A stretch of 64,000 nucleotides of DNA, taken from positions 89,404,001-89,468,000 of the forward strand of contig OZ024747.1 of assembly GCA_964016885.1 (NCBI GenBank), written 5' to 3'. Under the pieces are notes generated by a model that did no database searches, had not been told where the DNA came from, and saw only the letters and a list, made by a program, of their open reading frames with translations. Shown here in pieces: positions 38,721 to 51,340 of this stretch. Source of the stretch: Eledone cirrhosa. Lineage: Eukaryota. A program made the translations under genes and the position numbers. Positions within the stretch are counted from its first letter, which is position 1; the number at the start of each line of letters is the position of its first letter.

Positions 38721-39700
38721 CAGGCACTCACGGCTCTCTGGCAGGCGGACCCGGCGGTCAGTGGAGAATCCACCTCATCATTCTTTAGAGGGCTGATGGT
38801 TAGCAGGTGCGACGATGCCCTTGGAGAAACCCTAGGTATGGAGGAAGACGAACTGGCCAACCTGTTCGGTAGGACATTCAGCCCAGGACCCATGGATAAC
38901 TTCCAGAGGTCCCTGGCCTGGCAGTGCTACCGAGGGGCTCTGCCCGTTCGAGAAAGGCTCTACAGATACGGGCGCCCGGGTAGAGACCCCTCGAAAAAGA
39001 TCTGTCCCAGATGCGTGTGCGATGAGGAAACCGTTGCACATGCATTGGTACACTGCTCAGGCATTTCCGATCTGTGGGACTATGTCGAACAACTGCTGTC
39101 AAGGGTGGGACCGATCCGGTTGACCACCAAGTCTATTGTAACGATCAAGCCGCCTCCCCTCTTCAAAAACGAAGGAGAGGCGGTGTTTCTGTGCATAGTA
39201 GCCATGGCGAAAGAGGTTGTATGGTGGACGCATCTGAAAGGACTGAGGTCAGACACCTTTCTCTCTGGCCAACAACTGGTCCGTTTCTTCCGATATCATT
39301 TAGGAAGAAGGATCAGGATGGAGAGAGAGGTGCTGTTCCCCAGCCGTTTCTATGAAAGATGGGTGAAAGTGGGGAGAATGGCCTGTGTGAATGCGCCTTC
39401 ACTCTACATCAGACTGTAGGTGAGAAAGATGAAATATCATGGGAGCACCCTCCCTCTGTGCTCCTGAGGAGAAGGGTTGCACACTTTTATCGGGGGTGTG
39501 TGCGACCCCCCCCAAGGTGCCTTCTCCCTATTGAGGATTTTGTTTTTCAATTTATTTTTGTTATATTTTATATTTTATATTTTATATTTTATATTTTTAT
39601 ATTTTGTTATTGCCTCCTCCTTAGTGAGGACGCCTTTATATGTAAACTCCCCCCATTGTAAACTCACCCCATTGCCCTGGTGGCAAATAAAAAGAAAGTT
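38721..39700 (+). mobile_element. Tx1/L1-clade LINE 3' fragment with open zf-RVT region (ORF 38796-39419)
   Basis: NFQRSLAWQCYRGALPVRERL...CPRCVCDEETVAHALVHC..I..LW is the L1/Tx1 C-terminal CCHC. Flanked by (TATC/TACC)n. Confidence 0.85.
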
Positions 39701-39904
39701 ATCTGTCTATATACCTACCTACTTACCTATTTACCCTTCAACTTAACTATCTATCTAGTTTTGTTATTCATCATTGTTAAAGATTTTATGTAAAAACCCT
39801 TCCGTCAAGTCTTGTAATGTCCCATTTTTGTACACCCCTGTGGCAAATAAAGAAAGCTATCTAGTTATCTATCTATCTATGATATTCTGGCTTTGTTATA
39901 TTAA

Positions 39905-39990
39905 CAAGTCTGCTGAGTAGATGAGGCTTGAGTCAGGTCTATAGCATTTACATAGATCCTGAGCCACCCATCTATGAAACAGTCATAGCT
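39905..39990 (+). ncRNA. Decayed HHR with long stem II
   Basis: CTGCTGA-GTAGATG...CATCTAT-GAAAC-A-GTC, with nested GGCT/AGCC and CAGG.TCTAT/ATAGATCCTG pairs and AATAAA downstream. Core A6 mutated and stem I weak. Confidence 0.4.
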
Positions 39991-40107
39991 ATGTATAATC
40001 AATAAAGACCTTAATGTGAAACCACGCTTTTTTTTCAATATCTCTCTCTATATATATATATATTATTCAAAATGTTAACAAATGAAAAATATTCACATAA
40101 TCAAGAT

Positions 40108-40176
40108 ATATACTTTATTATACATATTTCAAAGGTACTATGTTGTTTAAGTACGTTTTCATCAGACAAAATATAT
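40108..40176 (-). ncRNA. Type I hammerhead ribozyme (family B), intact core
   Basis: ATATATTTTGT-CTGATGA-AAACGTACT...AGTACCTTT-GAAA-TATGTA-TA-ATAAAGTATAT. Confidence 0.7.
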
Positions 40177-40338
40177 GATTTGATGTATGACATACCGCTA
40201 CAGTCTTGAGTATTCGATTCCAGTATACATGAAAACGTATAATATTTAGGTTCCTGAGTGGTGTCAGATGTTAACCATAGTTAAAAAATGTACTCAATAC
40301 ATTGGTGGAATATAGTCATCTTTATTATATAGAGAAGT

Positions 40339-40390
40339 GACTTCTACAGGACTAGAACTGTTTCATTTGTATGAAATCATCAGGAATGTA
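40339..40390 (-). ncRNA. Type I hammerhead ribozyme (family A) within fold-back palindrome 40332-40442
   Basis: ACATTC-CTGATGA-TTTCATACAAAT-GAAA-CAGTTCTAGTCCTG-TA-GAAGT. Confidence 0.6.
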
Positions 40391-40438
40391 CTCATAATTT
40401 CATATGAGGGAAACAGTTCTAGTCCTGTAGAAGTCATT

Positions 40439-40482
<44 letters not shown>

Positions 40483-40738
40483 ATATAGTATTAAGGATAC
40501 TATTTATGGTTATGTATATACTAAAACCTTTTATAGTTATATATATATTATACCCTAAATAGTGAAAGACAGTAATTTATTACTATCTTATTACCAGTAA
40601 GATAAATAGCTCAATGTAACAACATCAGTTGTTTTACAGAGCAGTTATATAGAAATTACATGAATCAAAGTTCTGTTTAAATTTAAACAGAACTTTGATT
40701 CATTTAATCTCTATATATATAATATATGTATTTATGTA

Positions 40739-40769
<31 letters not shown>

Positions 40770-40770
40770 A

Positions 40771-40837
40771 TATAGATGAGATTCTACAGGACTAGAACTG
40801 TTTCATTCTTTAGAAATCATCAGGAATCTCATCTATA
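40771..40837 (-). ncRNA. Type I hammerhead ribozyme (family A), intact, long stem I
   Basis: TATAGATGAGATTC-CTGATGA-T.TTC(TAAA)GAA.T-GAAA-CAG(TTCTAGTC)CTG-TA-GAATCTCATCTATA. Confidence 0.85.
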
Positions 40838-40937
40838 TTAAATCATGTAGAATCTCATCTATATTAAAACTTTTATACTCTGCAATGTATTGAGTACCTT
40901 ACTTACTGTGGTTACCTCCGATTCAACCCGGAATAAC

Positions 40938-40982
<45 letters not shown>

Positions 40983-42464
40983 GTATTTATATAATATATA
41001 TTTATATATATATATATATATAAATATATATATAAATGAAAAGTATAGAAATATATATATATATATATACACATACATTTATACACACACACATATATAT
41101 ATATATACATACACACATTACTGCAAATCAATATATATATTCTCTCACTTTCTTTGAATTTTCTCTCCCATTCATTTTCTATCTCATTCCCTTCATTTTC
41201 TTCTCTTCTTTCTCTTTCATCTATTCTCATTCCATTTCTTCTTACAAGTCAATCTCATTCTCTACAAGTTCTTCAAGACTAATTTTTCTCCCAGGAGTTG
41301 AATTTCTGAGGAATCAAAATAATTTTCAAATCCTGTGATTTTATTTCCTTTCTTAAAGATATTCCATTTTTATTGGATTGGCAGTATTAGTAGATCATTG
41401 GACACCATGCTTCGTGGCATAGAGTTATATCCCTTTACAATTTTAGTTCAAATCCCACTGTGGTTGGCTTTGCCTTTCATCTTTACGGGGTCTATAAGAT
41501 TGTGCTTAAATCAGAAACCATGTTTAACCCTTTAGCATTTAAACTGGCAATATCCGACCAGAATCCTCTCACTTCTTTCTGTTCAAACTGGCTTTAACTA
41601 ACCACTCATACTGACGTTAAGGTATTGTTCTCAAAATAAATAACATCAAAATCTCATAGATTCAATATTATGTGAGATAATCATGTAAGATAAAGCATTT
41701 ACCACAAAATTTAGAGTAATGTAAATGCTAAAGGGTTAAAGTTGTTCTGCTGTCATTTTTAATTATAAAATAAATTTGTTTTTGTTTGTTGGGCTTTTAA
41801 ATGTTTATTTTCTTAGTTTTTGTTAGAACCTTTTTACACACAAAAACCCAAACTGTATCATCCTGTGCCGTCTTTAATGTTTTCTTAATGTGAGTCCTGT
41901 GTGGTTAATATAGAAATCATGATTACTATTATTTTGTACCATTCTGTGCTGTCCTTAATGTATTATTTTAACCCGCTATGTGGTTAATAAAGAAATCATT
42001 ATTATTATTCTTAGTGTTGGCAGAATCGGCAGAGTGTCAGACAACATGCTTCGCAGCATAGAATCACAGTGTTTTACGTTCTGAGTTCAAATCCTGCCGA
42101 GGTTAACTTTGCCTTTCGTCCTTACGGGGTCGATGAAATAAAGAACCAGTAATGTACTGGGGTCGATTTAATCGACTTTCCCCTCCCCCAAAATGACTGG
42201 CCTTGTGCCTATATGAGAAATGATTATTATTATTATTATTATTATTACACATTAACAGTCTTGGTTACTTCTATTATCTCGATATAAAGACATATGTTTA
42301 TCATAATACTTTGGCTTCTTAGCACCCAAACTCGTATATCTTTTAACTGCTAATATGCTAATATTATGCTAATTAGTATTCATCTCAGGATACTACTATA
42401 AGTGACAGTATTTATGAGTCCCATTGTGGTGTATATCCTTGTGGTTGTTTAGATAATGTATATA

Positions 42465-42507
42465 TCTTCTGATGTGAGCCCAATTAGGTTTGAAAACTGG
42501 TTAAAGG
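42465..42507 (+). ncRNA. Decayed minimal HHR
   Basis: TCTT-CTGATGT-GAGCC(CAATTA)GGTTT-GAAA-ACTGGT-TA-AAGG. A9 is T, and stem III AACTGGTT looks like a CpG-decayed AACCGGTT palindrome. Confidence 0.45.
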
Positions 42508-42927
42508 GATTTATCATTTTTATCAATTTACAAAGAAATACTTATTTGGGGGATGTTTACATGTCTATATATTAAAAATGTGTAACATTATATACACATT
42601 TATGTCATCTGTGTTACTTTTATTCTGTAGAATAGAAGTATTAATGCACAAAATAATATACTATCACTCACACACATGCATATATGTATATATATATATG
42701 TATATATGATGAGGATGATGTATATATATATATGTATGTATGCATGTGTGTCTACAGTTATGTATATGTGTGTGTATATATATGTGTGTGTGTATATATA
42801 TATGTGTCTATATGTGCCTATAGTTATGCATATGCGTACATATAGTATATATATATGTGTATATATGTATATATATATATATATATGTGTGTGTGTATTT
42901 ATCCATGTATGTCTATAGTTATGCATA

Positions 42928-42961
<34 letters not shown>

Positions 42962-44447
42962 CACACACTGAGTTACATATATGTATGTATACATATATAT
43001 ATATATATATATACATACATATATGTAACTCTGTACACATACTCACATATATTGTATATTTAGAATGGCATTTACAAAATCATCTAACTTGACAGATAAT
43101 AAATGTAAAAATCTTCTTATTGATTTCATTTCAGTTATCAATTTTTTGAATGGCAATGTTGGAAACTTAATGCCTCTTAAAATTACAGACTATCTGAAAT
43201 TCCAATATTAATAAATTGGAACATTTCAAAGTAATTGATAATTAAAAATAGACACCACAGCTTAAAAGATAGGTAAAACAGACTAAGATTAGAATGTGAT
43301 AATTACTAAACATTACTTGTTATCAGTAGATGGTTTCATTATAGTATATGTATTTATGTATCTATTCAGTTATGTTTTATTTTTTTTTACAGAAATACGT
43401 ATAAAATGAGAAATAGAAATATAGAAAATAATAAATAATAAAAAAAAATATATATAAAATAATGTATATATATATATATATAAAATAAAAAAAATAATAA
43501 AAATATGTATAAAATAATAAATAATAAAAATATATATAAAATAAATAATAAAGATAAAAATATATATAAATAATAAATAATAAGAATAATAAAAATAATA
43601 AATAATTAAAAAAATATATAAAATAATAAATAATAGAAATAATAAAAATATATACATATAAGTAGAGAATGAAATAAATATTGTGATTGTCATTTAAAAA
43701 ACCATAAGCTGTTACATTTAAAAAAAAGTATGTTCTCACTAGATTTTATAGCTTGTGAATCACACATTAATCAGCACTGAATGGTTGTCTCATTATGATT
43801 CTCTTCAAGAGTTACCAATTTTCATGTAAAGATTATTTTCGCCTTGTCTTTCCTTCTTACATTAATTCCACACACAGACACCCACTTAAATATCACACTT
43901 TTATCTATACCTATACAGTTATTATTAATTTGGCTTTAGAAAGATATTTCATTTAGTTGATGTAATATGTAATACTGAATTCTTACATAGGCACAAGGCT
44001 AGAAATTTTGAGAGAAGGAATTACTTGATTGAGAGTCAATTAAATAATCGAGTGTCTATAAGATCATCACAGAGCAAATGACTTCTACTACTAGGACTAC
44101 TACTACTACTAATAATAATAATAATGGTTTCTTATATAGGCACAAGGCCAGCAATTTGGGGGGGGAGGGGGAAGTCGATTAAACCGACCCCGATGCATTA
44201 CTGTGCTTTATTTTATTGACCTCGTAAGGATGAAAGGTTAAGTTAACGTAAGTGGGAGTTGAACTCAGATCATAAAGGGCCATAACTCTATGCTGCAAAG
44301 TATGGCGTCTAACCCTTTACTGATACTGCCAATTCCCTATAATGAGAGGTGGTTGTTGTTGTTATTGAGAGAGAGAGAGAGAGAAGGAGAGAGAAGGAGA
44401 CAGAAGGAGAGAGAGAGAGAGAGTGTGTGTGTGTGTGTGTGCATAAA

Positions 44448-44770
44448 AGATATCTTTCTTTATTTGCCACAGGGGCGTACAAAAATGGGACATTACAAGA
44501 TGTGACGGTGGGGGTTTTACATAAAAATAACTTTAACATTAATAAATAACAATAAACTATATATAATAAAATAACAATTGAAATCCCCAGTAGGGGGAAT
44601 GTTACTGCAGGGTTGTTTTACACCCCGTGGATAGAACAACCCTCAACACCAGCAACACGTTTTGTAGGTGTTCCTGTCTTCCCTCTGTTTATCTTCCTCA
44701 ACCTACAGGTTTATATACAGAGAAGGCCCATTTTTGCCACATTCATCTACCTGTGTGCATAAAAGATAGA
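44448..44770 (-). mobile_element. Tx1-like LINE 3' UTR fragment
   Basis: Reverse complement of TACACCCCTGTGGCAAATAAAGAAAG-TATC seen at 39830-39865. Confidence 0.65.
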
Positions 44771-45062
44771 TAGGTAGAGAGAGTTGTCACCACACTAAGT
44801 GTTTTGACTGAAAACATGAATTTTAAGTGCAAGTCTGTCAACACGTGTATGTGTTTCTGTATGTCCTTGGGAGAACCTGGGCTACAACTAGTAATTATAA
44901 TTATTATAATGATAGTAATTGATCAGCAACGCCATAACGAAGCACTACAAAAAGAAACCAGAAGAGTTTTAGTATGGTATGGATTAACTACTAGAAGGTT
45001 TCTGACAGTATTTTCTAAATATGGATCATGGAAATACTAGCCATAAGTAAGGTAGCACAAAT

Positions 45063-45760
45063 AATTGTTTCTACTTTAGGCACATGGCCAGCAATTTGGG
45101 GGGAGGGGAAAGTCGATTAAATCGACCCCAGTGCATTACTGGTACTTTATTTTATCGACCCTGTAAGTATGAAAGGCTAAGCTAACCTCAGGGGATTTGA
45201 ACTCAGAATGTAAAGGGCCGTAACTCTATGCTGCAAAGCAGATTGTCCATTGCTCTACCGATACTGCCAGTCCACTGCACAAATAATAGGAAAATATCTT
45301 GAGTAAATGGTCAAAAACTAATGCCATCTACATTGGAAGCAGAACATTCCAAGAGGTCTTCCTCTTCCTTTTTAATTTCATACAGACACCTGGAATTTGG
45401 ACAAACACTATGGTAAGAAAATCACTCATCCTTTGTATATAAATGATATTTTGTATACTGATGATGATAGACAACACCACTGCAGCAGTATAGAGATTTT
45501 CAAGAGAAATTGATAAGAGATTTGAGTAGAAAAATGTGCTAAAACCACCGTGGAGTAGCAGTATCGGTAGAGCGTCAGACAACATACTTTGCAGCACAGA
45601 GTTACGTTCCTTTACTTTCTGAGTTCAAAACCAATGAAGTTAGCTTTGCCTTTCAACTTTACAGGGTTGATAAAATTAAGTAGCAGTAACACACTGAGGT
45701 CAATTTAACCAACTTTACCCTATCCCCTAATTGCTGGCCTTGTGCCTAAATCAGAAACCA
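45063..45760. mobile_element. Two divergent family 1 SINEs (45063-45278 minus, 45549-45760 plus)
   Basis: Consensus matches in opposite orientation ~270 bp apart. Confidence 0.75.
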
Positions 45761-46217
45761 TTAATTAAAAACACTAATATATTATGGTGGATAAAGAAAT
45801 GGAAATAAGAACAAGAATAAGAATAAAACTCATGCATACAAATAATTAGGAATCAATGAAGTGGACAATGTACAACACACACAAATGAAAGAAAAGATTA
45901 GAAAAAATACTACAAATGCATTAGATTACTACTTAAGGCAAAACTAAATGCAAAAATTAAGGTATCAATACTCTAGCTTTTCATAATATGTCTACCTACA
46001 CTGTTATCTTAAAACAACTGCATTGTTCATAAAAATGTACTTGTAAATTCATTGAAAATCCATCAACTAAATCTGATTTTCTTTATAACGATTCTTTACT
46101 TATGTTATTATGATATAATTTGCTCATGATTTGTTTTCAAATCTAATAATTCACACTCACAAACAAAGATTAATTCATATTCATTTTTAATTATACTTAG
46201 ATTAAGCCCTGTTTTAT

Positions 46218-46665
46218 ACAGGGTGAGCATAAACTCTTTCCCTGATAATAAACCTATATTAAGCAAAATTGAATCCTTTATCATTTACATTACTGTATAT
46301 ATACTATTGTATTTTCACAGTAAACACTTTATTTCACATAATTATCTCACATAATATCGAATCTACGAGATTTTGATATTATTTATTTTGAGAACAATAG
46401 ATTAACATAAGCGTGAGAAGGCAGTTATGGCTTGTTTGAACAGAAAGAGGTGAGAGAATTCTGGCCGGATATGGCTGGTTTAAATGCTTAAGGGTTAAAC
46501 AAGATAGAAAAACAGCTTTTGGCACACTTATAGCCTAGAAGATTTTTTCAATCACACATGAACTTCAGTGAACTTCAACATGGGTCCCACTTGTCACTCG
46601 GAGTACATTAAGCAATACCTAGAGATAGTATTTTATAATCAGGGAAAGACTATGCTCAGCCAATA
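46218..46665. mobile_element. Tc1/mariner-type MITE with nested TTAA-MITE
   Basis: TIRs CAGGGTGAGCATAAACTCTTTCCCTGAT / ATCAGGGAAAGACTATGCTCAGCC. Confidence 0.6.
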
Positions 46666-46690
46666 TATATTTTAGTTTGAATGTGTTCTG

Positions 46691-46775
46691 TATATCTGAT
46701 GAGTTGTTGATGAGTCAGAACCTGGACATCATGCTCACATCTTGAGCTGATTAATATTGAAACAGGTGTCATATG
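46691..46775 (+). ncRNA. Type I HHR motif with extended stem II
   Basis: TATAT-CTGATGA-G...AGTCAG...CTGATT...T-GAAAC(AGGT)GTC-ATATG. Core intact with GUC triplet; base of stem II imperfect. Confidence 0.5.
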
Positions 46776-46979
46776 TTGGATAAAGTTTATATATGATGCA
46801 ACCTTGAGACTTTGTTTCTGTTGACATTTATTTATACTCTGCAGATTACAGCTGCCTGCAGCTCTTAGCTACATGGAAGTATAAACCCTACACATGATGG
46901 ACCTCTGGAACTGCACAGAGTGCTCTGACTGGTGAACCACCAGTAACTATTGTTACACACCTACCTGCTATACATATAT

Positions 46980-47520
46980 AAGTGCAGGGTGATAAAAATA
47001 GACGGTAGCCACGGAGTAGGCAGACCCAGAAAAACCTGGGACAACTTGATAAATTCCGACCTCACACACTTACACGTCTCCAAGACAATGTCACTGAACC
47101 GAGATCTTTCGCGATACACAGTAATACAGAAGACCCGCCTTGCCTAAGTACAAAGCGAAACCTACAGTCAGTAGGCACCACTTAACAAAAAAAAAAAAAA
47201 AAATACACACCCATCCCACTACCCTCACCCCATCACCCCTTTCGATGTAAAGTTATGTTGGTACCACAACATCCAGTCCGAAATAAATGAGGTCGTGTAG
47301 GTGTCACAACAAAAAACACAGTCCACGCTGTAATGTGGCCGTGTAGGTAACACGGTAAAAACCTCCCAGTCCACACTGTAAACATGGTTGGTGTTAGGAA
47401 GGGCATCAGCCGTAAAAAACTCGCCAGACAGTCCTATACGAGCAAGACAACCAATCTTGCCTCAAGTGGGAAAATTCCCGTCCAAACCCATGCAAGCGTT
47501 AAACGATGATGATGATGATG
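46980..47520 (+). mobile_element. RTE-clade LINE 3' end (ORF tail plus 3' UTR plus (GAT)n)
   Basis: KIDGSHGVGRPRKTWDNLINSDL...NRDLSRY (RTE C-terminus) followed by the UTR shared with many window repeats. Confidence 0.8.
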
Positions 47521-47640
47521 ATATATAAATTCTCCAAGTTGGCTGACTGAATATGCATGTGTATATTTTTCCCCCCAAATATTTTTCTCCTTTTTCCCTG
47601 TTCCTTCCTCTCATCACTCTTTACCTTCTATTTCTAACTA

Positions 47641-47676
47641 TCTTCTGATGAAGAATTAGTGTATGAAATGTTAAGA
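47641..47676 (+). ncRNA. Decayed minimal HHR
   Basis: TCTT-CTGATGA-AGAATTAGTGTAT-GAAATGTT-AAGA. GAAATGTT is consistent with CpG decay of GAAACGTT. Stem II is lost. Confidence 0.4.
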
Positions 47677-48727
47677 CACTCTTCCTGCTATTTCAAGCGT
47701 TAAACTAATATATTTCTTCTATGTACTGCCCCATTTGTTTTGTTATTTTGTTATTACTTTTGCATATATATATATATGGTTTTAGGAAGGGCATCCAGCC
47801 ATAGAAAACCTGCCAGATAGAGTCCTATATGAGTGAGACATGGTCACCCGACCAATCTTGCCTCAAGTGGGAAAATTCCCGTCTGACCCATGCCAGCGTA
47901 GAAAATAGACATTAAATGATGATGATGATGATGATATATATATATATTGTAATACTTATGTGAGAGTAGTCGGTCCAGCAATGTACCTCAGTACACAAAA
48001 AAGGAATGAAAATTTATTTTCATATTATGATATATGGTTATATTATTGAATGAGCGTCAATAATATTTATGATGAATGTATTATCTTCAGTGCGTCTGTA
48101 ACAGAAAACATGTTTGACACATAGGCTGGTGCAATAGATTTGTGAAGTCATTTTTCTCATAATCTTCAATTGTTTCAACTATCGATTCCAAGTCTGTCTC
48201 AATGTGTCCAGATTCCTTCCTCTATCTCGATATTTTGTAAACTGTAGTTCATGAAATAAGTGAAAAGAAACAAAGAACCAGGGTTTGGATGTTATGATGT
48301 GTTTTAAGAAAATTGAATAAAAATTGAGTGCATGGTTTTTTTTATATGAATAAATTCTCTCACGAAAACTATTTTTGTTTTATTTAATATTTTATCAAAA
48401 TTAGAGTGATGGTATTTGTATGGGGTCTGAAATTTTTGAAAAAATCGTATATAGTTCTGTTTTTTTTAAAAAACGTTTGAAGTGTTCCACAACAAAGTAA
48501 GTTTGAAAACTACTACTCTGTCTTATTTCATTAAATATATATAGATCTTAATAGTACTGACATGATATCGAAAAACTGTTTTATACAATATTCTACATAG
48601 ATTTTCATTACATATGTTCACTCTCTATCTTTATCTCTCTACACACGCCTCCCCCTTCCCTCATATAGAAAATGGACGTATGATGATGATGATGATGAAT
48701 ATGTATACATATGTGTATATAAATATA

Positions 48728-48898
48728 TACTGTATTTCCCGGCACCGAAGACGCTTCGTCCTAGAGGATGCACCCTAAGTTTGACAAACAAAAATTTGAA
48801 AAAAAATAATAAACAACCTTCGGCCTCCAGGACGCATGGTAGATCTTTGAGACTTATTTTAGGAAAAAGTAGCGACTTTGACGCCGGGAAATATGGTA
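48728..48898. mobile_element. Tc1/pogo-like MITE
   Basis: TIRs TACTGTATTTCCCGGC / GCCGGGAAATATGGTA. Confidence 0.65.
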
Positions 48899-51151
48899 TA
48901 CATATGTATATATACATATATATATATAATATACATATATATATATATACATATATATGTATGTATATATTCATGTATATACATACATACACACATGTAT
49001 ATATGTGTGTGTATGTGTGTGTAAGCATGCATCTGTATATAAATATATATCCTTTTTCATCTCTCTCTCAAGTACATCTTATTTCCAACCATCTCCTGAA
49101 TTCACTCAATGTTTTCCTATACTTCAAACTTACATATTAGCTAAAGTGCAGCCATCCCATTATTCTACATATGGGATAAGAAGAAGAAGAAGACAATGAC
49201 AATTACATCAAGAGATATAAGATATTATATATATTATATTAGTATGAAGGAAAAGAAGATACAAACCAAGAAGATAAACTATGAAGGTATGAAGTAAAAG
49301 TTAGTCAGAGATCAGCCATGAGGAACAAAATATCAATTCAGATATTGAAATAATGAAGAACCAATAAAGGTTAGAGGTAATTTAACTCCCTGTATGTCAA
49401 ATATAATGTGTAAAATATAAAAATAATAAAAAAAAAAATTGATAAAAACAGAATTTAATTTAAGAAAACTTCAACCTGTTAATTGTCTGAAATATCCATT
49501 AAGGGAATAAATATGTCATAATTTTAGTTTTAAAAGCTAAAGTATTCTTAAGGAATGGGTCTCATCAGTACATTTTCCTATCAATTAATTACTTAATTAG
49601 TTAATTACCAAACAGTTTCAGTGCTTTTGTGTCATTAAATTTCTTGGTTTGATGAGAAAATGTTTTAATATTTGAAATATTTTCATCTCAAGCACAACTG
49701 AATCAGTATTATTTCTTTTTCTTTCAATTTTCTAAGTTTAATGTTACTACTAGACAGCAAACATGGTGTGTGTCTGTGTGTACGTGTATGTGAGTTTGTG
49801 TGTGTATGTGTATGTGTATGAGTGTGTGAGAATGAGAATACATGAGTGTGTTTATGAAGGTTTGAGGCTGTGGGTTTGTGTGTGTGTGTGTTTGTGTACG
49901 TGTATTTGTGTATATGTGTGAGTTTGTGTGTACATGCGTGTGCTTAAGAGTGCATTAATGTGTGTGTGTATGTGAGGAGGGTTTGAGGGTGTGAGTGAAT
50001 GTGTGAGTTTGTGTGGGTGTATCTATGTTTGAGAGTGAGAGTGAATGAGTGTGTTTGTGAGGGTTTGAAGGTGTGAGTGTATATGTGAGTTTGTGTGTGT
50101 GTGTGTGCATGTATGTGAGTGAGTGTGTATATATGTGCTAAAGAGGTAGATTATGATATTCAATTTAAGAACTCTCCAGTATTTATTTCTTTTCAAACTC
50201 TTGTCTATCTTTCTATTTCTTCTTTTCACTCACATTTCATCTTCTAATGAAGGACTAATGCACAAAAATTTTTAATTCTTTTTCTCCTATAATATAACAG
50301 TTGATCAACGTTTGCTTAATGAGTGGGGTGGAGCTTGTCAAATCTGACTGAGGAAACAATGTCTTCATTGGTCTTTCCGATTGTTAATTCTATCTACTGG
50401 TCACAAATCCAGGCAGAAGGAGCAATGTCAAATAAAGTGTCTTGCTCAAGGACATAACGTATTGCCTGGTCCACGAATTGATCTCACAAACTCATGATTG
50501 CAAGTCCAATTCTCTAACCACTCAGTCACATGCCTTCTATAACAAGTGTTAAACCAATATATATTATCATTGTATGGTAATATTTTCCCATATTGCTTTT
50601 TCTTGTTGACTCTTCTTGCATTCACAGATTTAATCACATGTGAATTATAAAAGTTATAGCATTTTATTTGATGGTGTTCAGATTTGTATATAACCTCATG
50701 AGCATTATTTCTGTAATGTCTGTCTGAACATTTCTTGTTTTTTTAATCTATCTTTAGCTAGTGTGTCTCCCTTATCATTCTCTGAAGCCATGAGGTGGCA
50801 AGCGCATTGACCTCCATTCGCTCATAATAGTGAGAGATCGGGAGAGGGGGAGACACAGAGGCAGTGGGAGTTTCATTCCTTTGTGTTTGGACCTGGTGTA
50901 CATGTATATGTTTCTCATAGCTATGTAACATCTCTGAACTTTAATTTCCCACTCTCAATCATAAGATCTCAAATACATATAACTGCTCAAATACTGTTGC
51001 TTTAGTCCTTAGCCATAAAATCACAGCTTCTTTAATCTTTAGGCACTCAAAACCTACTAGTTCTAGTTTTCCTTTAACCTTTCATCAAAGACTCAATTGC
51101 CATCATGAGGGGCAATTCAATGAATTTCCTTCCTGTTATACTGTCATTATA

Positions 51152-51340
51152 TGTGGATTGGCAGTATCAGTAGAGGGTCGGACGCCATGCTTTGACGCAA
51201 AGAGTTACGGCTCTTTCCATTCTGAGTTCAAATCCCGCTGAGGTTAACTTTGCCTTTCATCCTTACGGAGTCGATAAAATAAAGTACCAGTAATACAGTG
51301 GAATAATTTCTGGCCTTGTACCAAAAGTAGAAACAATTAT
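51152..51340 (+). mobile_element. tRNA-derived SINE family 1
   Basis: Consensus match. Confidence 0.8.

Noticed and set aside
50240-50275. Degenerate HHR-like CTAATGAAGG
   Set aside because: Core mutated and no stems.
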